Assembly (NCBI RefSeq): GCF_964355755.1
Contig: NC_092679.1
Location: 13,127,432 to 13,191,431, forward strand
Direction: 5' to 3'
Length of the DNA stretch: 64,000 nucleotides
From: Antedon mediterranea
Lineage: Eukaryota; Animalia; Echinodermata
Shown: piece after piece, positions 40,724 through 53,874 of the stretch
How the letters are laid out: each line of letters starts with the position of its first letter
Position numbering within the stretch: the first letter of the stretch is position 1
The notes under the pieces: generated by a model
What the model was told of the DNA's origin: nothing
The model's input: only the letters and a program-made list of their open reading frames with translations
Database searches by the model: none
Made by a program: the position numbers and the translations under genes

Positions 40724-41140
40724 CGTCAATGCTGTTGTGTTTTGAACTGCTTTTCAACTTTTGTGTGTCATTTTGATTTCTGTTTCGTAATCTTTGTCTT
40801 TTTATTTTATTTATTATGCCTTAGTGTTGAGTATTACACACACCGTTATACTCTTTATTTTGATTCATACCATGAAATTAATTTTATTATTTATTTTGTG
40901 TGTATGTAAACATTTTTATTTATTTTGATTCCTCTCAAGTAATTTGTTTTATTTATTTGTTTTGATTTAAAATATTTCATTAGTAGAGTTATGTTTTGTA
41001 TTTCATTCATTCATTTTGATTTATTTTTAAGTTAATAATTTTATTTATTCTTGTATGTTATTATTTGGACGCACCTTTATCATCAAAGTGTGCCACTGTT
41101 GTAAAAGTGAAGTTTCCAATAAATTATTATTATTATTATT

Positions 41141-41527
41141 AGGGAGGACTAATAACAAATGAGGGCGCTATGTATGCATAGTTTAAATAGTTTAGATGAA
41201 TAATTTCTTCAAGCAAGCTCCGTGGCGCAGCGGTTGAAGCGTTGTCTTGCGATGGAGTGACAATTCCACCCAAGTTCAAAATCCAGTAGATGACATTTGT
41301 TTGTTTATCGGCAAACGCGAATGTTGCCACATGAAAATTACACAGTCAATATCATCGAACTCGAGAATTTATATGTTTAATGACTACGACACGATAATTA
41401 CGCGAAAATGTATCGGTCAATATCATCGTTCTCGAAGATATATACGATTTACGATCCTCGCAGCGGTAGTCATGTGATGCAGTTTCAACCAATCACGTTC
41501 ACGTATTTACATAGGCTATGTAATATA
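41141..41527. repeat. Partial copy of the unclassified element at 48808-49872
   Basis: aataacaaatgagggcgctatgtatgcatag...atttacataggctatgtaatata shared with ~49472-49872. Confidence 0.85.
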
Positions 41528-42125
41528 AAAGAATATGTCCATGTTACTTTTTAATTTACTGCTTTTACGGCTTTTGATAATTCTGTCCTATCTTTTAACA
41601 CTAGCAGTTATTTTAATTTGCCAAGTAACAAACATACACGCATACATACAAACAAAGTAAATACTTTTATAATAATAATTGTTGTTATATATTAGTTTTT
41701 ATTTGGTTTTATAGGTACGTTCTATGATTGGTCAATATTGACATTTGACCCTTAATCTCAACGATTTGTTTTTCATAATGTGATTGAATAGACACCTATA
41801 ATCATAAAAATGTAATAAAAGACCAAATTGTGCTTCAATAAATTTGTTATAATACATATACATAAAACATTGTTGTAATTGGTCAATGTTGAACTTTGAC
41901 CCCTTATTGTCTCCTATCCTTTAACACTAGGTCATTAGACAGCCTGATTGGTCAGTTGTGGCATTGTGTACCAGGTCAAAAGTTATAGACATTTTTGTTT
42001 TCAGGATAAGAAATTCTTACAAACATGTCTACTTTAACATAGTGTTATGCTTAGACATCACGTATAGACGCCACAACAATAGGGCGATTTTTGATGACGA
42101 TGTTTCAAACACTAAAAAAATAAAA

Positions 42126-42730
42126 ACTAGAGGGTACTCCGAGAGTACAAACCTCCGCCTACTGTAAAATTCCTCTACATAAAATGCCCCCTGAATATTT
42201 TTTTTAAACATTTTTTTTTATTAGTTCTAAGTGTAAATATGTTAACTGCACACTACAAAGTTGTGGATGATAGTGTGGTGTAATGGTTATGTATCCAGCC
42301 TCTCACAGTTGAGGTCGCTGGTTCAAGCCCCACTAAAGGTTTTTTCTTTTTAATATTTTTTTATTTTTTATTTATTTTTTTTTTGGTGGACCTTGATCTT
42401 TGACCCTGACCCTTCAAAATGTAACCACAATTATATGATGTGTCATTGATCATTGTGGCTAAGTTTGGTGAGAATCGGATCAAAACTGTGGTCTCTAGAC
42501 AGTAAAATAGTTTTTTGTTAGTTGTGACCTTGACCTATGACCTTTCCCCCTCAAATTCAAACTCGTCCGAGCTTTTTGGGCATAGATCATTGTGTCCAAA
42601 TTTGGTTAGAATCGGATAAAAACTGTGGCCTCCAGGCTGTTCACAGACACACACACAAACACACAAACACACACACAAACACACACACAAACATACAGGG
42701 GTGAAAACATAACCTCCTTGGCGGAGGTAA
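42126..42730 (-). mobile_element. Complete HINE (TACCTCCGCC family) inserted at TT without a TSD
   Basis: Minus-strand 5' TTACCTCCGCCAAGGAGGTTATG; 3' GGCGGAGG..GTACTCTCGGAGTACCCTCTAGT; empty site at ~50731 (aataaaaataacatgacattgtag). Confidence 0.85.
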
Positions 42731-43389
42731 TAACATAACATTGTAGGTAATTAATTAGGCACAACAATAAGGAAACAGTCATAAAAATCGGTCAAATAAT
42801 AACACAGAGATACCTTATAAAAACACCATAACATAAACTGTTTTTTTTTGCGATTTCGTGTCGTTCAGCGGAAATAATATAATATAATAAGTAATTTTTT
42901 GTAGTAATTTTAATTTTTTATAGGAAATATTTATCATATTAATATAATGTATAATTTTACTCTATGTTTGCATTCTTTTATTCTATCCCTAGACCCCCAA
43001 CTGTTGCCCTATAACACCAAACAAGTGATGATGCTCGCTTCGCTTGTTGCATACCCACCTTGTCAAGAAGATCCTGATACCACCGCTAGTTTGTAATTTT
43101 TACTTTTGCATTCTTTTTAAAAAGGGATTTGAGCGATAACCAAATAGGTACATTGCCAGCCAATGCATTTTCTGATTTGACAGCATTGGAAGAACTGTGA
43201 GTATATTAAATTAACTTATTTTATTCATTAAAATTGCCTCAAATTGTTTTTGCCTAGCCCCCTTGTTGGGACGATCCTGATACCACCGCAAGTTTGTAAT
43301 TTTTACTTTTGCATTCTTTTTTTTAAAGGGATTTGAGTAGTAACCACATAGTTACATTGTCAGCCAATGTATTTGCTGATTTGACAGCA

Positions 43390-46174
43390 TCTATATTATA
43401 TCTATATTATAAGTGAGAGAGTTTGTCTGTCTGTTGGTTTGTTTGTTATACAAAATGTTGTTACTGCACGTAATCTTACATATGGGGTATCAAAATGACC
43501 GCAATTGTACCGGGAATATTCTAAGCTATATTTCAACATCATCCGCCACCTAGGATCCAAGTTAGGGACCAAAATGTGGTCAAAACCCCCACTTTCGATG
43601 TTTGTTCGTTATAAAAATTTCTGTTTCTGCACGTAACCATACGTATGGGGTATCAAAATGATGGCAATTGTACCCGGAAGGTTTTAAACTACATTTAAAA
43701 AAATTTCCCCGACTCCTGGGGTTTTTGTGGGAGGGTGTGGGGGGGGGGGGTGGTGTGATGGTTTGTGATGTCATTTTTTGCTAAGGCTCGGGGTTGTAGG
43801 CTATCGAATTGTAAAATTACACTACAACAGTTTTACAGTATTTGAATTATCCTCAGCAAGGCGTTTGGGGAAATATAGATATACATATTTTAATAATTAA
43901 CCAATATGACACCTATTCATTTACACATTTAGCAAAGTACTTTAACCATATCCAGCTATGTATCGGTCTCTTGGATTGTCTCATTACAGACATCCATTCC
44001 TGTGTGAACATACACACGTTGTTTCTGTGTTCAACTACATCACCATGCCTCCAAGGAAAAAACGTGGGGTTGGGAGTTGTGGTTCAAGGGATAGTGGGGG
44101 TTTTGCTTAGACCAGAATTGTGTTTGGAAAATGTTGAAGTATTTAATTATTCCTGGGAAGCGGCTTGGAGTTTGGGGTGGGGATGTAGGCCTATCACCAT
44201 GACCGAAGCTGTATTTAGAATGTTTTAAACTACATTTGAAAACTGCCACTGAGGGATTATGGGTTGGGAGTGATAATAACATAATTTTTATTGGAACCGT
44301 CTTCAACACATCACATGGAAGAGCGAAAAAGTACTGGCGTAATGAAGTAGCCTATATGCTTGGAATTGTACTAGGAAAAGTTACTATATTTGAACTGTCT
44401 AGGGGAGGAGTTAAGGTTTGTTGATTGTGGCTGGGGTGGTGAGAGGAGAAAGAAGGCTGGGGGCCCGCAGTATCTAAATTAGATATTTTAATTATCAGCC
44501 AATATGACACCTAATCATTTACACAATTTACAACGTACTTCAACCATTATTAGACCCATCATAGCTACAGTATGTATACTCCTCTCAATTTGAAGTTTAC
44601 GTTGAATTGAATTTGTCCATCACTGGGAAGAATTTGTTTTTAAAAAAGAGTATGGGGTGGTATTGAAGAAGGGTGGAGGTTGGTGAGTATAGACAGATAC
44701 TGGCGTCGGGTGTTGAGAAGGCTTTAAACTAAGTTTGAAATCCACCCGGGTATAATTTTAAACTACATTAAAAAAAATCCCCCGACTCATGGGGTTTTTG
44801 TGGGAGGGGGGAGGGGGTGGTTTGTGATGTCATTTTTGCTTGGGCTCGGGGTTGTAGGCTATCGAATTGTAAAATTATACTACAAATGTTTTACAGTATT
44901 TGAATTATACTTAGGAAGGCGTTTGGGGAAATATAGATATAGATATACATATTTTAATTATTAACCAATATGACACCAATTCATTTACATATTTAGGAAA
45001 GTACTTTAACCATATCCAGCTATCTATCGGTCTCTTGGGTTGTCTCATTACAGGCATCCATACATGTGTTACATGTAAACCTATACACGTTCTTTACTAT
45101 TACTGTGTTCTACTACTATATTATTTGAACATCATCCGCCATCTAGGATTCAAGTTAGGGGTCACAATGTGGTCAAAATGGGCCACTTTCGTTGTTTGTT
45201 TGTTATACAAATTTCTCTTTCTGCATGTATAACCATACATATGCAATTGTGGTTGGAAGATGTTAAAGTATTTTAAATAAGAGTGTGGGGTGTTATTGAA
45301 GAGGGTGGGGGTTGGTGAGTATGGGAGGTAGGCCTACTGGCGTCGGGTGAAAATGGCCCACTTTCGATGTTTGTTCGTTATAAAAATGTATGTTTCTGCA
45401 TGTAACCATAAATATGGGGTATCAAAATGATGGCAATTGTACCGGGAAGGTTTAAAACTACATTTCAAAACGGGGGAGGGGTAATTGTTGGAAGAGGGCG
45501 GGGGGGAAGGAGATAGGGTGTGAAAGTTGGGGTTCAGGGGATAGTGGGGATTTTGCTTAGGCTAGGTGTAGTAGGTTATCAAAATTGGTAGGGAATTGTT
45601 TAAGTATTTTAAATATCCCTGGGAAGGGGATGAGAGTTTGGGGTGGGGATGTAGGCCTATCACCATGATTGAAACTGTACTGGGAATGTACTACATTTGA
45701 AAACTGCCTCTGAGGAATTATGGGTTGGGAGTGATGGCTAACATAATTTTTCTGGAATCGTCCAGTATCTGGGGTGTGTTAGGAGGCAGGAGTGGGAGCG
45801 GAAATACTGGCATAATGAAGTATATGATTGGAATTGTACTAGGAAAAGTTACTAAATTTTAACTGTCAAGGGGTAGCGTTGTTACGGTTAATTGTGGCTG
45901 GGATAGTGAGAGGAGAAAGAAGGCTGGGGGCCCTGCAGATCAAAATTAAATATTTAAATTATCACCCAATATGACACCTATTCATTTACAAAGTTTACAA
46001 CGTATTTAAACCATAGGCCTATCGTAGCTATGAATACCCCTCTCATTTGAAGTTTGTTTTTAAAAAAGAGTGTGGGGTGTAGTAACTATAGGGACATACT
46101 GGCGTCGGGTGTTATATACTTAGAAACCTTTAAACTAATTTTGAAACCCGCCCTGGGGCGGGTATAATTGATAG
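43390..46174 (+). mobile_element. Non-autonomous Helitron with internal duplications
   Basis: 5' TCTATATT; 3' hairpin CCCGCC-ctgg-GGCGGG followed by ..GATAG; inserted between A and T of gacagca|ttgcaaat (empty paralog at ~47694); no TSD. Confidence 0.88.
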
Positions 46175-46207
46175 TTGCAAATAATGTGAGTATATTACTT
46201 AAGTTAA

Positions 46208-46742
46208 AGATGTATTGTCCATTTGACTAATTAAAAAAAAAATAATGATTTCTTAAAAAAGTGGGTCATTTTGAAGTATCATACTAGTTATTAACTTTCA
46301 CCAAAAATTAGTCGAAAAAAAAATAATTTAACTGAAATACAGACGTTTTTTTGTTCAAAAAATAACTTTGACTTCCTGTCAAAGTTTTCGATCAAAACAT
46401 ATCTCATAATGCAACGCGCTTGTTTGGCTACTCTGTATGCATAATCATAAAACTTCCCCGCGATTTGTGTGAGAACACCTTCTCAACCGTGACGAGTTGT
46501 AAACAATCCTAATTAGCATTATGCATAACACATACTCGTGGTTTGAAATCTTTGTTTACTTTCGCTCGCGACGATTTTCCAGAAAAAATGTAATCAAATG
46601 AATGTACCTGTTAATTACGTAAACTTGTTTTTGGCTCTAATTTTCGACTTAAAGTGAATAACTTTAATATACTTTGATATGGCAAATTTAAATTTAGAAT
46701 ATTTTGACCTTCATTTTTTGTGTTTCAAGGGACAATACATCT
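46208..46742. mobile_element. Kolobok-like MITE
   Basis: TIR AGATGTATTGTCC / GGACAATACATCT flanked by TTAA and (T)TTAA. Confidence 0.75.
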
Positions 46743-48807
46743 TTTAACGATCAACGATGATAGCGTCGTCAGGAAAACAGGCTTAAGACACTGGTGCTTA
46801 ATTAACCATGCAGGGCCGTGCCACTTTACTGGATAACAAATAGCCAAACGGGTGAGATTGCTCCCTATAGTATAATCATCGAGAATTATTTCTCCATGGT
46901 ATAATAGACTAGCCTATCAAAACGCCTCAAACAAGCGGATGGATTTGAACAAATTGGTTTTTACAACTACTCGTGTATCGAAACACCTGGCATTAAGTCA
47001 AATTATGTTTTCAGATTACAAATTATAACTTTCCCACTCGTACACAAATACAGTTTTTGGAAAAGTAGTTACAGTTTACTTGAGATTCAGTACCAGAACA
47101 CAAATTGTCTCCTATCCTTTAACACTAGCCTGATTGGTCAGACGTTTTTGTTTTCAGGATAATAAAAATGATACGAACATGTCTACTTTAACATAGTCTT
47201 ATGCTTAGACATCATGTATAGACGTCACAACAATAGGACGATTTTGGGATCATCTTACTTTAAAATTTCAATGCTGACGATGTTTCAAACACTAAAAAAA
47301 TATAAAAAACTACGACGTTCAGCGGAAATATAATGAAGTAAATTTTTGTAGTAATTTTTATTTTGTAGTAAATATTTATCACATTAATATAATTTATAAT
47401 TGTATTCTACGTTTGTATTCTTTCTTTAAAGGGATTTGCGCAATAACAAAATAGGTACATTGCCAGCCAATGCATTTGCTGATTTGAGAGAATTGGAAGA
47501 ACTGTGAGTATATTAAATTAAGTTAACTTATTTTATTCATTAAAATTGCCTCAAATTGTTTTTGCATAGCCCCCTTGTTGGGACGATCCAGATTCCACCG
47601 CTAGTTTGTAATTTTTACTTTTGCATTCTTTTTTTAAAGGGATTTGAGCAGTAACTACATAGTTACATTGCCAGCCAATGTATTTGCCGATTTGACAGCA
47701 TTGCAAATACTGTGAGTATATTACTTAAGTTAAAGATGTATTGTCCATTTGACGATCAACGATGATAGCGTCGTCGAATAACGTCGGCTGGAAATCAGGC
47801 TTAATACAGTGGTGCTTAAGTTAACCATGCAGCGCCGTACTACTATACTGGGATAATAGCCAAAGGGTGAGATTGCTCCCTATAGTATTAATAGACTAGC
47901 CTATCAAAACGCCTCAAACAAGCGGATGGATTTGAACAAATTGGGTTTTTAAAACTACTCGTGTATCGAAACACCTGAGATTAAGTCAAATTATGTTTTC
48001 AGATTACAAATTATAACTTTCCCACTCGTACACAAATAAAGTTTTTGGAAAAGTAGTTACAGTTTACTTGAGAGTATTACTTAAGTTAACTTTTAAAGAT
48101 CAACGACAGTGGTGTTTAATTAACCATGCAGGGCCGTACCGCTTTACTTTACTGTTTAAAAAACTATAAAAAAAATACTAACATAACATGCTATTTTGTA
48201 GGTAATTATTAGGCATAACAATACCGAAACAGTCATAAACATTGGTAAAATAATAACACAGAGATACATTTAAAAATAAAATTCCATAAAATAACTGTTT
48301 TTCTTTGATTTCGTGTCGTTCAGCGAAAATATAATGATGTAAGTAATTGTTTGTATTAATTTGTATTTTGTAGTAAATATTTAACACATGAATATAATGT
48401 ATAATTGTATTCTTCGTTTGCATTCTTTTTTTAAAGGGATTTGGGCGATAATCAAATAGATACATTGTCAGCCAATGTATTTGCTGATCTGACAGCATTG
48501 AAAAAACTGTGAGTATATTAAGTTAACTTATTTTATTCATTAAAACGGCCATAAAATAGGCCTACGCTGAACTTCATTCGTCCACTGGACCTGGGGGCCC
48601 AGTACTAACCAAGTGATGCGCCTAGTCGGGTGGTTGGGATTGTTTGATATTTTAAATTAAATAAGAAAAATATAGTACATTGTAAGCCTAATCAAAATAC
48701 AGAACATTAGTAGGTGCTTGAGAAAATATAAATAAAAATAGCTAGATTTAATTCGTCACTGTGACGGAATTATAGGTTATGCATTGATTTAAATAAAGAT
48801 AATTTAT

Positions 48808-49872
48808 TTTTTAAAGATATCTTTTTATATTAATTTTTTTTACATTGGATTTCATTACCACGTCACAATTAACAGGGCAGAAAGACATAAAATGTACAGA
48901 TATCGAATATATTTCCGCGAGAGCAAACTATCATTCTCCGAGGGGATGTCAAATCTTATATTTCACCTCTAAGCAGGCGATATCTGTAAATTTTATGTCT
49001 TTCTGCCCTGTTAATTGTGACGTGATGATGAAATCAAATGTAAAAAAAATTATATAAAAAGATATCTTAAAAAATGTACCGATATAAAAGGCCATATCTG
49101 TTATATAGGCAATACAGTAGAATATCTACTGGGTCGGGTAGCTAGGCCTGCTTTATGTAATAAGCCTGCCTAAGCCTGCGTTGCATTCATCTAACCTTGC
49201 AAAGAATAATATACAGATAATTACTAATTAATGATTCCTTGGCAATAAAATTTTCACTTAGGCCTAGGTTATTTAAATTAACAGAAGAATTTCCATCAAT
49301 AAGCCTACATTAATGATAATAATAATAATACTATTATCAGGTAGGCCGAATAAATAATAATTCGTCTTCTTCGAGCCCAATCACCAGATTTTCAGCGCGC
49401 CGCGCGTACCAAGTTACTACCGTGAGTATTGACCAATCACAGACAGTCTTTCGTCGCGTCTATAGAGGGCGAATAACAAATGAGGGCGCTATGTATGCAT
49501 AGTTTAAGTAGTTTAATTTATTTATTTCTTCAAGCAAGTTACGTGACGCGGCGTGTTAAAACGTGGTCTCGTGATGATGTGGACTAATCTTCGCGAGTTC
49601 ATTTAGTCCCAGGAGATAAGAAGACTTTTGTTTATTTATCGCCAAACGCGAGTGTTGTGTTGCTAAACGCAAATTACACTGTCAATATCAAACTCCTCGA
49701 GAATTTACTGGATTTTATATGTTTAATGACAGGGACACGAAAATCAGGCGAAAATTACTCCGTCAATATCATCGTACTCGAGGAAATATACGAATTACGA
49801 TCCTCGCAGCAGTAGTCATGTGATGCAGTTTCAACCAATCACGTTCACGTATTTACATAGGCTATGTAATAT
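48808..49872. mobile_element. Unclassified non-autonomous element (possibly Crypton-like) with a ~97-bp-arm hairpin and a tRNA-like segment
   Basis: Arms 48808-48905 / 48978-49075; terminal palindrome ttacataggctatgtaa; second partial copy at 41141-41527. Confidence 0.55.
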
Positions 49873-51886
49873 AGTGATATTCGACAAAACCTTCAATGAC
49901 GGAAACAAGCAAGCGAAATAAACACAATGAGAGTGATATCATTTTGGCACCAAATGCACTAATTAGATAGGAAGAAAAAAAAAACAGGTTTTTGAAAGTG
50001 CGCCCGTTAAGGGAGGTGGCCGCTTACGGGAGGTGGCCACGGAGGTTCAACTGTAATTTTAAAATTCAGTACATTTCATAACATTTTCATGAGTTTTTAA
50101 ATTTGCGTAGCCTGTCACTTTGACGTGCTTGTATGTCGCGATTTCAAGTTGAAAATTGAATAAAATAGAATTAACTTGCCAAAGAAAGGTTGTAAAACAG
50201 AAATCGAAAAAATAGTATATACGTTTAATGTACAGTGCATGTGCAAAATTGGGGATGTTTGAAACGCTTAAAATAGGCTGAAACGTAATGTTTAACAATT
50301 TTAAGCGCGCATACGCGTGCGTTACATGCGTCACGCACATAATTTTATTGCCATTTAATGATAAAGTATGACCTGAAATTTATGAGAACCAAATGCACCG
50401 TGAAAACCTTATTATATCGATTCTTTGTCACAAGGAATGTACTCTGAAATTCATCTCTTAACGAAACAAAAGTCTAAGGAATGTATGAACGGATAAACGA
50501 ACGGACGGTACGGAATTAAGATTCGGTACCAGACCACAAATTGTCTCCTATCCTTTAACACTATGTAATTAGATAGCCTGATTGGTCAGTTGTAGCATGG
50601 TGTACCAGGTCAAAGGTTATAGACGATTTTGTTTTTAAGGATAATAAAATGTTCTACTTAACAGAGAAATATTTTGGGATCATCTTACTTTAAAATGTCA
50701 ATGCCGACGATGTTTCAAAAACTATAAAAAAATAAAAATAACATGACATTGTAGAAAAATTAATTAGGCATAACAATACCGAAAAAGTTTTTCTGTGATT
50801 TCGTGTCGTCCAGCGGAAATAATATATTGAAATAAGTAATTTGTTGTAGTAATTTGTATTTTGTAGTAAATATTGATCACATTAATATAATGTATAATTG
50901 TATTCTACATTTGTATTCTTTCTTTAAAGGGATTTGGGCGGTAACCAAATAGTTACATTGCCAGGCAATGCATTTGGTGATTTGACAGCATTGCAAATAC
51001 TGTGAGTATATTATATATTTATTTCAACGAATATTAAACGATGATTAAAACATTACGCAACAAAGCTAAATCGGTGGTGGTTCTAGATAGAAAATGGATA
51101 AATACATTCTCACCACACAATAATCAAGCTACAGTAAGTCTTGGCATCTCCTACTTGAATATTAATTTAATTATGGATGCTGCTAACTAGTGCATTCTAC
51201 ATCCTGCTCAAGTTGTATCAATTCAGAATCAAAACGGAGAACTAAGCCTAGCATTAATTCCTTTTACGATGGCTTTATCATATTTTTGTTTCATCTTTAT
51301 AAGCACTTTATGAGTATGTATTTTGATTATATATCTTTATATTTTAGATTAGCATTTTAGGTTATTTAGTTCTTTGTATAAACTGTTTAAACTTCTTCTG
51401 TATGTGTATTATAGAAAAATATAAGAACATTAATGAAAAAGGATGTAATACGTAATATTAAAAATGTTAATAATGAAATTTATCAAATTGTAATGCCATA
51501 AGGAATTAACACAAATTTGATAAATAACATGATTTTTTTGTCATGACATGAAAGATAATATGACTGTGAATAAAAGTGGTGTTCACGCCACAAAAGAAAA
51601 AAAAATCTTTATTTTCCAGTTGAATGGAATTGAATGTTTTATATGTTAACAAGAATTCTGCTACCCTTTTTTTAAAATTTTCTTAATAACGTGTCTGAAT
51701 TTATAAAACCATATTTATTTACGTCTCTAATTTTTATAAAACCGGAATCAATCCAGTGTTTAAAGTATTTATAATTTCTCTTAAATACAATCTGATTATT
51801 CCCCATATATGTTGTACCCTTCCATAATGTAATAGCTATACCTTTATGCATAATAATTGTATGTCTAATTGATTTATCTTTTAAAG

Positions 51887-51961
51887 GTATTTAGATTCCA
51901 ACAGAATAACTACCATAGATCGAAATGCATTTACTTCTTTTTCTTCATCACTGACAGTATT
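51887..51961 (+). CDS. LRR exon of the LGR gene (75 bp, phase 2-2)
   Basis: ag|..|gtaag; YLDSNRITTIDRNAFTSFSSSLTVL. Confidence 0.88.
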
Positions 51962-52209
51962 GTAAGTTAAACACTGTTGTAACTTCAATACAAATTTAAC
52001 AGGATCCTTGATTCTGTTAAAATAAACACTACAGAGTATAATCGGCAAACAGACTGGTTAAAACTGTTTTTTCTGTGCACCTTTTACTCATTGGATTTAT
52101 TATCCTAACATTCGAAATATGCTTGGGGTGTCGTTTGTTGTTTAACAAATTTTACTAATCATGTTTATGCCTATGCTTGATTTACTTATTTAAAACTATT
52201 ATTTTGTAG

Positions 52210-52281
52210 ATGGTTAGACGATAACAACTTACAGGATTTCAGTACAAGTACTTTTGAGGAATTGACCAACTTAATACAGTT
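52210..52281 (+). CDS. LRR exon of the LGR gene (72 bp, phase 2-2)
   Basis: ttttgtag|..|gtaag; WLDDNNLQDFSTSTFEELTNLIQL. Confidence 0.9.
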
Positions 52282-53874
52282 GTAAGTAGGCAAAAAATGG
52301 TAAATGTAGGAAGGAAAGGTTTGAGAAAGATGTGTAGTTTTTAGCTTGATTTATTAGAAAAAAATGTATAAACTATTTAGAGAAAGCTTTTGACTGATAT
52401 ATATAATACAATATATACGAGCACTTGGCGGAATTGATTCACATGTATCATTACTAGAGTAGAACTAATGAAAAAAAGGGGCCAACCTCAAAAAAATTGC
52501 AAAAAAAAGGTTTTTCAACGGATTTTGGTAGTATTGGGTGTACTAAATAACAGAAAAAAAGTCTCAAGAATTTCGACCACCGGAAAGTGTTTTTTTTTCA
52601 AGATGGCTGCCAAAATAGATAAAAAGTTAAAATGTCCATACCTCCTAAACTACTTGGTCTATTGATATGATTTTGGTACCAAAATACTCAAAACATACAT
52701 ATTTATATTTGCCCTAATATAACATTTTGGCCAAAAATGACCGGAAATGCTATTTCTTGCATGTTTGACCTTTGACCTTGATATGTTGTATCTTGGTAAC
52801 AACTGACCGTAGGGAAACAAATTGTGGCTCAAATTGTTCAGAATGTACATATTTACATTTATTGTAATGAGACATTTTGTCAAAAAATGGTTAGAAGTAA
52901 AGGTTATTGACCTTTAACCTTTATCTAAGTAGAATTTCCATATCTCGGCAACTATGTGTGGTAGAGATTTAAAATGGGGCTCTAAATACTGAGAATATAC
53001 TTATTTATATTTACTCTAATGAAACAGTTTGACAAAAAAGGACCAGAAACGACATGTTACCCAAGGAATTAAGAGCTTTCCTGGGAATCAAGTAACTGTA
53101 ATATTTATAAAGACTTTTAGAATATGAGTTCAAGTTCAAATTGTTCAGAACATATTGTATACATTCTTAATAATAATAGTGAATAAAAAACCTGAAAAGT
53201 AAACAAAAACAAATATAATAATAATTTTAAATTTCTAATTACGGTATAGCAGCAGTTGATTGGATATTGTGCATGTATTTAGTACGGCATCCTAAACAAC
53301 TGTTTCAACTTCGTCTTCATCATCATCATCATCAATCTCTCTATCTACGTTGTTCCATTCTTCTAGTTAACACACTCCACAAACTGAAGTACATGCCAAT
53401 CCATAGCATCTACAACTGCAACATACAGTTTTACATCCAGTAGTACAGTTACAATGGATGATTTTCAAACTAAAGCAGCAGTTTCAATCGTCATTATTGG
53501 CACAAATATTTTATTAAAAACTTGGTATTATCTTTCTTTATCCATTGCATGATTTGATAGTATACGGTACTCTAAGACTTTTGACATTTTGTAGCAGATG
53601 AGGTCGGTGGTGGTAGTAGTTGTTGAAGTTTGATAAATTATTTACCCTCAGCAACTTTCTTATTAAACAGCTTGCATCTGTTAGCTATTTAGGAAATCCA
53701 GTGACTTGGCTCCAAAAAGAATAGACATGGCCTTTAATCCAATCTCCTCGATAGTTTGAAGTTTCTGATGCGGTTGAGTGAAAATATTGGCACACATCAG
53801 TGTCATATTCTGGGTTACTTTCTATCAATTTATTGGTTTATTTGCCTTCCTAAAGATATCTTTGGCTTCGAAGA

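Larger units (their letters stand above)
34400..41140 (+). mobile_element. Near full-length RTEX-like non-LTR retrotransposon (5' boundary approximate)
   Basis: ORF1 PHD+esterase, ORF2 APE-RT-CCHC, AT-rich 3' UTR, AATAAA followed by a (TTA)n tail ending at ~41140. Confidence 0.85.
41690..48545 (+). repeat. Locally duplicated AT-rich repeat family hosting later insertions; also at ~23920-24260, ~24960-25170 and ~50520-51010
   Basis: Recurrent gttacattgccagccaatgcatttgctgatttgacagcattg..ctgtgagtatatt and gatagcgtcgtc..ttaaccatgcag blocks. Confidence 0.8.
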
